Source: Tubiluchus corallicola
Lineage: Eukaryota; Animalia; Priapulida
Length of the DNA: 64,000 bases
Assembly (NCBI GenBank): GCA_030141605.1
Contig: JAQGDQ010000322.1
Coordinates: forward strand, 62,001 to 126,000
Reading direction: 5' to 3'
The notes under the pieces are model-generated. The model had not been told where the DNA came from and did not search any database. It saw only the letters and a list, made by a program, of their open reading frames with translations. The stretch's first letter is position 1. Each line of letters starts with the position of its first letter. A program made the translations under genes and the position numbers. This document shows, piece after piece, positions 1-13,200 of this stretch.

Positions 1-75
1 AACTTTTCAACTTTTTCTATCAAGCCTTGATAAAACACACGGCTAATATGTATATTATACTTTTCAAGTTTTGTT

Positions 76-76
<1 letters not shown>

Positions 77-119
<43 letters not shown>

Positions 120-125
120 CTCCCT

Positions 126-185
<60 letters not shown>

Positions 186-269
186 GTTCACTCTTTCTCT
201 CCCTCTCCCCCTCCCTCCTCTCTCTCTCTCTCTGCCCTCCCTCCCCCCTCTCTCTCTCCCTCTCTCTCT
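77..269. repeat. (CT)n/polypyrimidine microsatellite
   Basis: Long CT runs interrupted by CCCTCCTCCCC; explains the low-complexity ORFs at 27-446. Confidence 0.95.
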
Positions 270-508
270 CAATATATTGAAAAAGAGAGAGAACAACAAA
301 TGCAAATATTTGGTATTTACTATAAAAATAATAGATACTCAGAAAGTAGCTACAAAACACTCAAAGATCAAGGATATTTCCTTTATCAACTCACAAACAT
401 TTTCACCTTGACTTCTGAAATAAAAGGCACAAAGCATGTGGCTTAAAAAGAAAAATGAAGAAGCCAATCTTGGGAACTTTTGCAACCGATATAGCAGAGC
501 ATACTTAC

Positions 509-3500
509 GCTATGTAACCTTGGTCATCTTTGAACGTGATATTCATCGGAATCTTGACCGTCTCTTCGGATCTTAGACCAATCTTGACCGAGTCAGAGAG
601 CTTCGTTTCACTAATTAATTTCGTATCATACATTGCTACCATCGTTATGTTTTCTGCCACAACTTTTACAAAATTCTTATTTGAAATGTTGAAAGAATTC
701 TGAAAAATTAAACAAAACATAAAAGACTTAAGACACGAAGGAGAATTTAATGGAAAAATGGCGACACCTTTTAAAGTCCAGGTGAAAAAGGTGAATGTTT
801 ACACACATCCAATGTATTGATGCTCTACTAAAGTATCTAGAAGGCTAATATGTCATTGTTTTTGGCACACTATTGCTTACGATACGCTGGAGTGACTGGC
901 GATCGCGTGTAGCAAATGGCAAGAAGAAATATTTCCAATGTATGAGATGCACCAAGTCAACACTCGTTTGAAAATTAAATTCTCCATATTTGGCAAATAA
1001 ATGTAACTATATCATCATGTAACTTATCATGTGACCACAGGCTGAGTTATCATTGGATAATTGTCAATTAAACAATGGTCGCTGGTCACCAGACACTCAA
1101 AAAATAAAAACAATTTCTATTTCAAAATTGAATTCATTGCCGACCGGTTTCGAACAAAACTGTTTATTATCAAGGCATCTAAAACAAAGAAATTTACCAG
1201 AATTTAGAAACATCGAAATACAATTCAGTAATTAATAGCCAAAACACAGATAATACATTATATAGATAATTTAACAATTTACCTTACAGATTACATATCT
1301 TCATTGGTTAGAAACCATGTAACAAACAAACAAACAAACCAACCAATATGTTAGTAGTAACACAACTGCAATATTAGGTAACAAAACAGCAGCTCCTTAA
1401 TATTGACAGTTCTGTTACTAGTAACATATTGGGTCTATATGACCACCGCACGGCCCTCCATAATTAAACAATGGATTAGCATTCTAGATGCTTTAGTACT
1501 GTACATTTAATGACATACAACAATGCAGAAGCGTAGCAAGGCAAGGCAACAGGAGACAATTCCCTCGGGAGCAAGAGTGAGAGGGTGTAAAATTCTTCTA
1601 GAGTTCAATGACTGTTAATTATTCATTACTAATCCGACATTAACAAAACAATTAACAAAAGTTTTCAAACTACAAACAAAATTGTCTAGTCAGAGATCAT
1701 AGTAGCTGATTTAATTACAAGATACAGCCTAGAAAATGGGCTAATGTTGTTACTCAATGGCATGCGTGTGGTTTAGCAGATCAATAATTTTGGAAGAAAC
1801 AGTGACATTCTTCTAAATGCAGATTGTATTATTGTGAAAACTTGCAGTGTTCTGTATCTTTCATAATCTTTACATGTTTTAATGCTGGAGCTGAATGTTT
1901 AATGACTGTCATGTTACAAACAACTAATGTATAGAAAAGAGTTATTCTGCTGCAGTACCGCAAATCAAACACAGGGTGATTCTTAGAAAAAATTCTTTTG
2001 TCTTTATCTCATCGTGTCGAAAAAGGAAAGTCGGGATTAAGGACGCAAAAACGCGCATAATTTGTGGGTTCAGCCACGAAACCAGAGACTAAAACATTAA
2101 AAGGGTAGGGTTGCAGAACTTTTTTGCCCCTGGCTGAACAACGAATAACTATTTTGTATAATGTTAATGTTATGCATTAAGAAAGAATTAATGAATCACC
2201 TCAAGTCGCATGTCTACAATTCCCAGTGTCGTATTTACATAAACGTAGCTAGGATCAATGTGCGGAGAATGACTATGTAGTTGAACCTCACGTGGAATGA
2301 GAAAAAATATGAGTAATCCTGATATAACTGCACAGCACAGAACAGCAAGAGACACCCATAGCATTCTGTAAAGATAATCGCATAGAATGATACAACTGCA
2401 CAGCACAGAACAGCAAGAGACACCCATAGCATTCTGTAAAGATAATCACATAGAATGATACAACTGCACAGCACAGAACAGCAAGAGACACCCATAGCAT
2501 TCTGTTAAGATAACCGCATAGAATGATACAACTGCACAGCGCAGAACAGCAAGAAACACCCATAGCATTCTGTAAAGATAACTGAATGATTATCTTATAA
2601 CCGAATGATAAAAATAACCGCATAGAATGACTATAACCGAATGATAAAAATAACCGCATAGTATGATACAACTGCACAGCACAGAACAGCAAGAGACACC
2701 CATAGCATTCTGTAAAGATAACCACATAGAGTGATACAACTGCACGGCACAGAACAGCAAGAAACACCCATAGCATTCTGTAAAGATAACCGCATAGAAT
2801 GATACAACTGCACAGCACAGAACAGCAAGAGACACCCATAGCATTCTGTAAAGATAACCGCATAGAATGATACAACTGCACAGCACAGAACAGCAAGAGA
2901 CACCCATAGCATTCTGTTAAGATAACCGCATAGAATGATACAACTGCACAGCGCAGAACAGCAAGAAACACCCATAGCATTCTGTAAAGATAACCGCATA
3001 GAGTGATACAACTGCACGGCACAGAACAGCAGGAAACACCCATAGCATTCTGTAAAGATAACCGCATAGAATGATACAACTGCACAGCACAGAACAGCAA
3101 GAGACACCCATAGCATTCTGTAAAGATAACCGCATAGAATGATACAACTGCACAGCACAGAACAGCAAGAGACACCCATAGCATTCTGTTAAGATAACCG
3201 CATAGAGTGATGCAACTGCACAGCGCAGAACAGCAAGAAACACCCATAGCATTCTGTAAAGATAACCGCATAGAGTGATACAACTGCACGGCACAGAACA
3301 GCAGGAAACACCCATAGCATTCTGTAAAGATAACCGCATAGAATGATACAACTGCACAGCACAGAACAGCAAGAGACACCCATAGCATTCTGTAAAGATA
3401 ACCGCATAGAATGATACAACTGCACAGCACAGAACAGCAAGAGACACCCATAGCATTCTGTTAAGATAACCGCATAGAGTGATACAACTGCACAGCGCAG

Positions 3501-5697
3501 AACAGCAAGAAACACCCATAGCATTCTGTAAAGATAACCGCATAGAGTGATACAACTGCACAGCACAGAACAGCAAGAAACAACCATAGCATTCTGTAAA
3601 GATAACCGCATAGAATGATACAACTGCACAACACAGAACAGCAAGAAACACCCATAGCATTCTGTAAAGATAACTGAATGATTATCTTATAACCGAATGA
3701 TAAAAATAACCGCATAGAATGACTATAACCGAATGATAAAAATAACCGCATAGAATGATACAACTGCACAGCACAGAACAGCAAGAGACACCCATAGCAT
3801 TCTGTAAAGATAACCACATAGAGTGATACAACAGCACAGAACAGCAAGAAACACCCATAGCATTCTGTAAAGATAACCGCATAGAATGATACAACTGCAC
3901 AGCACAGAACAGCAAGACACGCATTGCATTCTGTAAAAATAACTGCATAGAATGATACAGCAGCACAGAACAGTTGTAACGCTGTATAAAATGTGTAAAT
4001 TTAAACTCCCATGACCGCTAGGCGCGGTCATTTGAAAGAAGTTTTGATAACATTGAATAAAGTTTGAAAAAAAATAGCATCCGTAGCATATATCTTGCTA
4101 ATTAAGTGAAATTTTAAATTACTGTATCTTGTCAATAAGATTAAAAATACGTTTTTGGCTAGTGAGTGGCGCACCCTAGAGGGTGAGTCAGCAACATTTT
4201 ACCAATTAGCACAAACATTTTAAATGATTAGTCTAGTTACATAAGTGTTTCCAGCAGGTAAGCGAAATGCTAAGTAATATAGATTTGCACGGAAAGTTTT
4301 TTGGGTCATAATTTAACATTCCCTTTTGTTCCCCTGATTTACGTGTTTTAGTGACGTCATGTAATGGCGCCATCGGAAGAATATTGCGGAAGATTTAAAA
4401 TGAAAAGAAACGAAAGTTCCTTTCAACGCGAATACGATATGTGCCTAAAATTGCTGTAAAGTAGTATAATTTTTCAAGGCGATTTTTCTGAAACCTACTT
4501 CAGGTACCCCTTTTCTTGACTTTAACAAAGAAGGTTACACCACACAGGGGTGGAGTAAGTGTCAGACGTAGTGGTTGAAAAATGAAGCCAGTCATTAAAA
4601 TTCGAGTTAGCCTATCAGGCTACATAAAACCCACAAATAGTTACTACAGTTACATCAAAAGCAAACACCCGAGTTTTTAATGCAAAATGAAAATAGCGGC
4701 AGTTTTAAAAAGTTAACTGCCAAGATCAAGCATTCACTTTTGTGTAAATTCTTCACTTTGATATATCTGATAGCAACTGGCTGATGATTAATCACTATAA
4801 CAGTTATCAAGGAGCTTACGTTCTGCGTGGCTTTAACCTGACATCACCGTACGGTATTAGGGCTACCAATTTGGCTTCATCCTCTGCAAAACAATTTATT
4901 AAAAATTATCACTAAAATTTAAATGTACCAACATCTGGCCAAAAAAAATTTTATACCCGGTAACTGATTATAGCTTTGATAATCATTATAATCATGTCGC
5001 CACCAACATATAAACTGAACAGGCTCTGCCATCTAGTGGCCGAATAGTATAACAAATGGGCTGGAGAACAAGGAATACAGCTGTCTGACCAGAACAATTC
5101 TAAAAAGGCTCTACATGTCAAATACGATTTAACACTTTTCAATAAAATCATGGTCAAATGCCATAAATTACAAATTTCAACCACCAGATAGTCTTAATTT
5201 TAGCTCATTTTTAATTAATGGTTAAAATTTGCCCGTTTTTAAAGAGAACATAGTTGGAGCACTAAGACAATTATAATATGAAAAGTGGTTTTACTAGTCT
5301 TTAAGAATGCATAACCCAAAACCTTGTAAAAAAACAAGTACCATTCCTGCGAGTTCACAAGTTGAATAGAGCACTCTAACTGTAACTGAAATATAAATTA
5401 TTATATTAAATTTATCAGATGAGTGTACTAAATCACAAGTTTAAATCATTTATTAATTGAAGCAAGCTAACCTTTTGGAATTCTACCACTGCCTTTACAC
5501 GTGGGACATGGAACATTACCGCGCATTAACTCTTCATAACGATGCTCATCTTCCGAGCTGGTAGCTCCATATGGACTTACTCGTCCGCTATGGTTCATCC
5601 TATTGTCATTATTATCGCCCATAATATTTTCAGTTGATGAACCACCGTTTCCGCGAAAAAATTTACTAAACGGCATGTTAGCAAAATTCTTCAGCAT
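509..5697 (-). CDS. TMEM106B: TMEM106-family type II membrane protein, 5' four coding exons (3' end lies outside the window)
   Basis: Exons 5697-5472 (..VPCPTCKGSGRIPK), 4883-4820 (EDEAKLVALIPYGDVRLKPRR), 2365-2200 (TMLWVSLAVLCCAVISGLLIFFLIPREV.., TM helix) and 699-509 (NSFNISNKNF..). All introns are GT-AG with compatible phases (1, 2, 0). CPTCxGxGRIP, LVALIP-D-RL-PRRT and FFLxPR are TMEM106 family hallmarks. The paralog letter is nominal for an invertebrate. Confidence 0.9.
2325..3975. repeat. 68-bp minisatellite made of the TMEM106 exon-3 splice acceptor plus exon start (~22-24 units)
   Basis: Minus-strand unit ..gcggttatctttacag|aatgctatgggtgtctcttgctgttctgtgctgtgcagttgtatcattctat; the last copy is the real acceptor (2367-2366). 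Confidence 0.93.
3975..4300. mobile_element. Dispersed repeat family, unclassified (related copies at ~33600-33900 and ~53790-54100)
   Basis: Shared start gtaacgctgtataaaa..aaactcc..gacc and downstream blocks at three loci. Confidence 0.5.
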
Positions 5698-5859
5698 TGC
5701 TTAATGTGCAACACTTTTCCTACTTAACCTTTTATGGATATTTACCATCACCTCATTATTAACCTTTATGCCTATTAATAAAAATTATCAGTATTACAGA
5801 ATTATAACGCTCAACTCCGAACACTACTAAAGAAAATAGCAAATTATTAGTGATAATAA

Positions 5860-6340
5860 GTCACATGAGCTCCGCCATATTCGTTGTTTAATTTACGCGA
5901 TTTTGTTTCCTGTCGCAAAGTTCCACCCCCAAACACATCGCCGAATCTCTATTACTGTGTACCATTTACCAGAGAATGCAGCATGAATGATACTAACATC
6001 CGCCATTATGCAGGAATGCCTTAATCACTGGTCATTGTCTCACCGGACAGTTGTCACTGGTGGCATAAAAATTATTATAATTTATACAAAATACAGCAAA
6101 ACACACTAAAATTACCAACTTCCAAACATATCGTCAGTGGAATGACTCGTGAAACAACTAATCGCCTGTAACTATGCAGAAGCCTGTTAATGAGTTGCAA
6201 TATGATAATGAATAGCAGTAGAAAGGCGAGTAGGAATGGAATGGAAAGATGGATAGTATCAGAATTATGTTAGAGGTTTTGAGTTTGCCAAGACTTGGGA
6301 TGTTATGCGAATAATGGAATCGCTTTGTGTGATAAGTAAG
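5860..6340. promoter_or_regulatory. Probable bidirectional promoter region between head-to-head TMEM106 and LANCL
   Basis: Divergent gene orientation; YY1-like CCGCCATATT (~5872) and CCGCCATTAT (~6000) motifs. The LANCL ATG exon begins with an acceptor (10281|10282), so an upstream non-coding exon is implied. Confidence 0.4.
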
Positions 6341-6708
6341 CAAGGTTCAATAGAAGCACGGGCAATTATACTGTGACTGGGGGTGTTATGTGAATAATGG
6401 AATCGCTTTGTCTGATAAGCAAGCAAGGTTCAGTAGAAGCACAAGCAATTATACTGTGACTGGGGGTGTTATGTGAATAATGGGATCACTTTGTGTGATA
6501 AGTAAGCAAGGTTCAATAGAAGCACGGGCAATTATACTGTGACTGGGGGTGTTATGTGAATAATGGAATCACTTTGTGTGATAAGTAAGCAAGGTTCAGT
6601 AGAAGCACAAGTAATTATACTGTGACTGGGGGTGTTATGTGAATAATGGGATCACTTTGTGTGATAAGTAAGCAAGGTTCAGCAGAAGCACGAGTAATTA
6701 TACTGTGA
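6297..6708. repeat. 83-bp tandem repeat x5 containing an AA|GTAAGC donor-like motif
   Basis: gataagtaagcaaggttc recurs at 6331, 6414, 6497, 6580 and 6663. Confidence 0.9.
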
Positions 6709-8589
6709 TTTTTAATGATTGGTGTTCTGTGTTAGTGATGTGGTCAAAGATTGATATCGAGTGGACAGGTTTTTTCAGTATTCATTGTCAAGTGGGTTAT
6801 TTCTCAATTTGTTAAGATAGCCAATTTGCACATTCCAAATAACCGGATTTTTTTTTGGTCTACAAAAAATACCAAATAAATTACTAGATTAAAAAAATAT
6901 TAAAAAATTAAACTATGAAAACAGCCCTTTTATTAGATCAATTTGTATATGCTTATGCGTGAATTTAATATTACATGACAACATAGCCATTCTTTGCCTT
7001 TTAATTCATTGCATTTAATGCGCTTCATTCACTCCATCATTTCATTCTGAAACTAGATGTTTCCACTTTCTTACCTCATCATGCTCCCCCTTTTTATTTA
7101 TTTTTTCTTTCGTGGGCCGTGAAAATCTGACAAACTCTGCTTTCTTGTTATTCCACGATGCATTTACATCGCGGCAAACGTGGGGTAAGGCATCTCTTAT
7201 TTCAGTGATATAGCAAGAAGTAAAATTAAAATTGTGCTACGTTCAGTGTGCTAAGGATGTTGTTATACATGACAAAAACATTTGAAAACGTGTTACGTGA
7301 AATGAATAAAATAGATAGATAGAAATTCATTTTTTACATAGATAATGAATAGGTCTTAAATAAAAACCGCATGTAAACAATGTTTCCATAATGATACATG
7401 TAGTTAGTGAAATTAAGAGTCAATTTAAAATACGTAAATTACACGCTAAAATTACACGTAGCAGAATCATCTGTTAAAATAATGAGAATGAATTACGATT
7501 AAATTTAACTGTTCGAAAATTCTTCAGTTACATCGAACAATATTACACACTAATAATGCCTTATAACTGTTATTGTTATAATGTAGCGGTAGATTTGTTT
7601 ATAATAATAGTAGAAGAATTGGTTATTGCTGGAAATTAATAAATTAAATTTTGTTATATCAGTGATTTGTTAGCAGATCAATTTTTGTTAGCAGCTGCTA
7701 GCACTTGCCTGCAATGCATGCCTGTCCGGTTTTATGCTTGACAAACAAATGGACCGTAGACTTGTAAATAAGTATTTCCTTGTTATTTAGTTTTTACTTT
7801 GGTCAGCTCAGTGGTGACTTTTCCACTAGAGAGTTACAAAATACGAATTTCTGGGTAACTCACCTGTGAAAAGCTTCACAGAACTTAAGTTTGCTGTGTC
7901 GTTCTCGTTCATGCTTAAAACTTTTAAAAGGACAATAATAATTATTATTCTCACAGAGCAATGCTAGACAATAACTAGAAAGAGAGAGGGGAAAAGAATG
8001 GGGAGTAACAGAAAAAGAGAGAGAAGAGTGAGTGACTGAATGAGTGAGGGAGAGAGAGAAAGAGAAAGAAAGTCAGTTTGCAATTGCTAGCTTTCATTCA
8101 AACAAAAATAGCTTTACAAACAGTACTAACTATGATTTAGATGTGTAATAATGGACGAGTTGGCCAATCGGTTATCAGCAAGCTAATTAATTGTCAGGTA
8201 ACTAGTTAACTTGTTTATTTTTGAATAATTAGTCAAACAGTGAGCCGTGTCGGACCTGTCAAGGCAACTCTGAACAAGTAGCCAGTTAGCCAATTCGTAG
8301 ACTAATTCATATAAGAACACGTATTGTGATTCGTTGAGCTTGATGAACCCTTCTGCATATATCTAACGTTTGAAAGATATTCATACTACATAAAAGAACC
8401 TTTTACAACCTAGTTTTTAATTTCGCCGCCAGCTTTAATTTTGTGGAAATCGACTCAAAGAATGCTATGGAAAATAAACTAACTGACAGAACATCTGACT
8501 TGAAGATCTTGCACATTGTCAAGTGCAGGTTTTGGAATTTGATTCTTGCATGTTAAAATTTTTTATATTATATTAGTAGAATATATTAT

Positions 8590-9720
8590 TGCAAGAGATG
8601 ATAATCAGTTTTGGAAAAAGTGCAAGTACATGGGCACTTTTCTAAACACCAAGGATGATATGAAAAGTAGAAATCAGCAATCAATGCATGCTTTTCTTCA
8701 GCACAAGAATGTATTAACTAGCAAGAAATCGAGTCTTAACATTAGACTTCGATTATTTAATGTTTACGTTACCAGCATATTTATGTACAACAGCGAAACT
8801 TGGGTTTAACTATTACACAGGAAAAGCAGATTGACACATTTCATAGACGTCGTCTAGAGTTTTAAAGATAAGATGGCCATAATCAAAAAATTAATGAAGA
8901 TTTGCATACCTGAACGAAAGAAATTTCTTGGAGTTCAAAAGTCAAGATCCGAAGGTTAAGATGGCTAGGATATCTTCTAAGATTGCCAAATCAAGCACCA
9001 GTAAGAATTGACTTAAAGTAAGCCTGAAAACCTTATCCTGTTAGCTGCAGATAGAAGCGGGCGGAATACTCTAATAAATGTTAGTGCCACTATGTCTATA
9101 ATAGATGGAATGAGATTTTGAAGAAGAAGAAGAAAACAGAAGAGTATAGCATAAAAAGGAATGTAGATCTTGCATGGAGAAAGTGCAAATATCTAGTAAC
9201 AGATAAAGATATATGAAGAAAAAAATCTTATCACTAGCTACATATTCCAAATTAAGAGTAAGAGGATCAGTCTAAAAACAAAATGAAGAATCTTTGCTGC
9301 ACTTGCGCAAACTGTGTTTCTGTACAACTGAGAAGCACAAGACAAATCAGAAATTGATACATTTTAAAGAAGAAGCTACATTCTAGGAATAAAATGGCCA
9401 AAGATAATATCAAACGAGGAAATGTATAATAAAGTAAAGGCAGAGGAACGGACAGTTCAAATCACAAGGAGAAGATTAAGATGGATAGGACATGTTATAC
9501 GACTACCATATGACAACCCGTTAAAATTAGCTTTCAAAGAAACACTGCAGAAGACAGCAAGCAGGACAGTTGCTGACTAACATCTTATCAACACACCATT
9601 AGATATAAAAAATACAAAGACATGGGAAGTTGAGTGTGACGGGGCAGCATGGTCTAAAGTGCTAGCAAGGGTCATGTCAGAGAACGTGCGACTCCACAGA
9701 TGATGATAATGATGGTGATG
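8590..9720 (+). mobile_element. Two degenerate RTE-like LINE 3' fragments
   Basis: Translation KYMG..IRLRLFNVYVTSIFMYNSETW..IDTFHRRRL..RRLRWLG..RLP, typical of the RT C-terminus of RTE-like LINEs, with stops and frameshifts. A second similar copy lies at ~9180-9720 and ends in (GAT)n; the first ends in (GAA)n. Confidence 0.7.
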
Positions 9721-10293
9721 ATGCATGTTGGCTCAGCTAGACCTAGTAAATTTTCTTTAATTCAAGCCAGTGTTTTATTTTCTTGGTTATAGACTTTTTT
9801 TTGTTCTTTTTTGTTATCATGAAAATGTTTTTTAGTGATATATTGATAATGGCCATATTTTTTTATTACAATTTATTGTGCAATCATCATAGTATAAACT
9901 AATAGTTACAAGTCTTTTTTGCCTCCAGATTTGTGTTCTTTTGTTTGGATTATTTGTTTAACTTTTTTCCTATTTTTGGTTTTTGTTCATTGACATTTAT
10001 TTATTATTGCTTTGTTTTGTTTTTTGTTTGTTCTTTTTCTTGCACTGCATCACCATTTTGCTATTGAATAAATTGTTTACTTTTATCAAACCTACCATTT
10101 GTACCTGAAAGGAGAGGAGACTAGATGACCCTTTGGTCCCTCCTTGTCTGGTCCATCATCATATATTACTGAACTGATGTTATTACTGTAAATGACACTA
10201 GAGGAAATAAAATGGTCCTTGTTCTATTCTCAACTTATGTGTTCTAGAGTCAATGACATTTCATATGTGGTGCATTCATAGGACTACAAAATA

Positions 10294-13200
10294 ATGACCA
10301 GCCGAGAATTTACAAATAATTTTGCAAGTTTCGATGAGAGAACTGTCCTCCTTGATTCAAGTGGAGAACAGGTAATTACCATTGAGAACATGAACGATGC
10401 AAAGTCTGTCTCAAACAACTTGTCTGAGACAGATTTTTGCTTGTTGGACAGTTGGTGGTTCAATAAATTATTTTGTTGCACACATATTTTTATCAATTTT
10501 TTGTGTTTAATTTTCGGTCTCCGATAATTTGAAACAAACTTGTCCTGGTACAATAGGTCAGACCAGATCAGACCAATAAAATGGAACTGTTTTCAATATT
10601 GTTTTGTTAATGCTTAATGAGGTTTTCCATGCCATATATTCCTTCAGATAAAAGTTGCCGTATGGGGGCATATTTTATCTGAGATGGTTATGCATCAGAT
10701 AGTTTGTTACCAACAGATTTTTTATTGTTTGCGACTAGTTTAATAACTCTAGTATCTACTTGCAATGGTAATTTATATACTTAGTAAAGTAAATGTAAAC
10801 TATTATATAATCATTAACATTATTTTGTCCATCAGCTTCCATTAAATCTGACTGGACTGGGGTTCACCAGTGGCAAATCTCCAAATAGGCCAATAGTTTG
10901 TGGCAAGTGCTACACTCTGAGGTCAGCTTCTAGAGCTTCTTACCATGCCTTCTTTGGCTGGTCAACAGATCTTGTCGTCACCACGAGGTCTATCCTGTTC
11001 TGCAGGTCAATAGTACTAATCCTGGCTTCTACCTCAAAGGTTATGACTTGATACCTTCTGACATTCAGTACATCATCTGCATTGTCCAACTTCTGGAGGT
11101 TTGAACGTCGCTTCTGAATCAGTACCCCGGACTTGCAATCATATTCCAAGCAACTCTGCACGCATGTAGCATACACCTTCCCTTTCATGTTCAGAGATGG
11201 TATACCTGACATCCAGATTAGAGAAATTCCTCTAAATTTTCTCCAACTTGCTCAAATCCTTACTGCTACTGCATTATTATTTGGGTAAAAATATGTTTAC
11301 AAGAGCACTCGGTCATTACATACAAAATACCAAAAAACAGATACATGTATAAATACAAGATGGTACGTTACACATTACAAAACATAAAAACAATATTATT
11401 GTTAGCTATATCCTCGAGAAAGTTAAATGTACTGGATCGATCATACATGTCTGTGTGTACTATCATGCATTAGTGATCCTCCGCATCAGGTTGTGGAATC
11501 TGCTATCACTACTTCTTATATTGGAATGTTGGAGCTAATCTGCTACACTTTCTGAGCCTAAGGCCGCGTTTCCACTGCGCCCGCACAGACACAGACTTTT
11601 CTGTAATGACTCACACGGAAAAAATTGAAACAACAGCCCACCTTTGAATACCATTGTTTTTATGTGTCTGTCATTTCCACTGCGTCGGCACAGAAACTCA
11701 CGTATACGCACAGATCCGCACTTTAATTGTTCGACCTTTTTTGTGTGGATGGACAAACTCATTTTTATAATGGAGGACGAACAAACCGTACATGCTGTGG
11801 AGATCACACCTGCTTTGTATGATAAAAGTAATCCCAAATACACAAACTGGGATTTTACAAGACAGCTGTGGGCCGAAGTTGCCTTTCAGCTTAATACTGA
11901 AGGTAGAATATTTGTAATTTTGTTATTACATTAACGTTTCTGTAAATTTAGGCTTGATTTTGTGATGCTATAGAGCATGCATTTTTTAAATTTGTAGTAT
12001 ATACATGCATCTATACTCTCTACTGCCACAATATTTCGACTTTGCCCTGAAAATTGCATTGCTTTGTTGTGCTGTTTCAGGGAGAAAATAATAAGCTTCA
12101 AAACACTGTTAGTTTTATAATAAAAGCCACTTTTTTATTTGAAGTGAATTCAACTAGTGAATAAAACGTGCGGACTGAAAAGTCTGTGTCTGTGCGGACG
12201 CAGTGGAAACGCGGCTTAATGGACACTATTTTCACTGGAAAGTTTTATCCTTGTGTAATATAGTCTCTGCGACAGAAAAGCACTCCTGAACCTGTTCTTC
12301 TCAAGGACCATCTCACTACTACCCTTGACATGTAGTCTAATCCACTAATGCAAATTACAGTTTCCACTTCCTTTCTAGGCGAAAACCAAACTGCATGTTG
12401 TCAATTAAGACATGAAATTCTCTCAAATCAAGAACAGATGCCAGTATCCTCATTCTACCACCATGTCTCTGTGTTCCTCACGGTTTTTTTGTCATTCCAT
12501 ATACAGCTTCAAGTCAAAGCTTCGCCAAGTAACTTCATATTCATGCCAAGAAGGAGTGACTGTAAAAGAGGGACCAGTGAGCTTCAATGTGGACACGTCG
12601 CAAACCTTCCATTGTTGCTTGTGAAGTTGTATGTCAGACCAGACGGTTTAGTCTAGTGGTAACGCATCTGCTTTCCGTCTGAGAGGTCGTGAGTTAGAAC
12701 CTAGCGGCCGGGTAATACCAAAGACTTTAAAAATAGTACCGCTGTTGCCCTGCCTGACGCGTGGTATTTAGGGTAAAAGTGGGGTAATAATAGTCTCTGT
12801 TATGTAGTTGTAGGGTGTTATTAACAGTCGGCGTTAATAGCTCTTTGAGCTAATGTTAATTGTGGACCCAAAAGCCGACTTTAAATAAAGATTATTATTA
12901 TTATTATGTAACATTGGATCACTGGCATGTACAACTGTGACTTTGACATTTAATTATCTATGCAATCATAGGGTATGCATGATGGATACCTGCTTAGACC
13001 TCATTGGGTATTGCATGATGCGCAATCTTGAAAGATTTCATTTTGAAGCAAACTTGACATAAATTTTTCCCTTCATCCATAACCCAATGTTACTTTCTAC
13101 ATCAATAAATTGTGTCAGTAACCTAACCAACTTGCAAATTTTATTAGCTTTAATTACTAGATAATTTTCGGCCGTTAAACCTTAATTGACTCATAAATAA

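Larger units (their letters stand above)
10830..13030 (-). mobile_element. Old RTE-like LINE remnant interrupted by younger elements
   Basis: Minus-strand remnants ..WRKFRGIS..MKGKVYATCV.. (~10940-11270) and ETWW*NE (~12450-12470, degenerate WWWNEE motif). Boundaries are approximate. Confidence 0.55.

Noticed and set aside
2188-4031. Long Cys/Leu-rich ORFs up to 387 aa
   Set aside because: Products of the 68-bp repeat cycling through three frames; only 2365-2200 is a real exon.
12637-12710. tRNA gene (also tRNA-like bits near 48100-48170, 50510-50570, 57760-57810 and 59340-59360)
   Set aside because: SINE heads or degenerate B-box fragments; no complete cloverleaf with a terminator.
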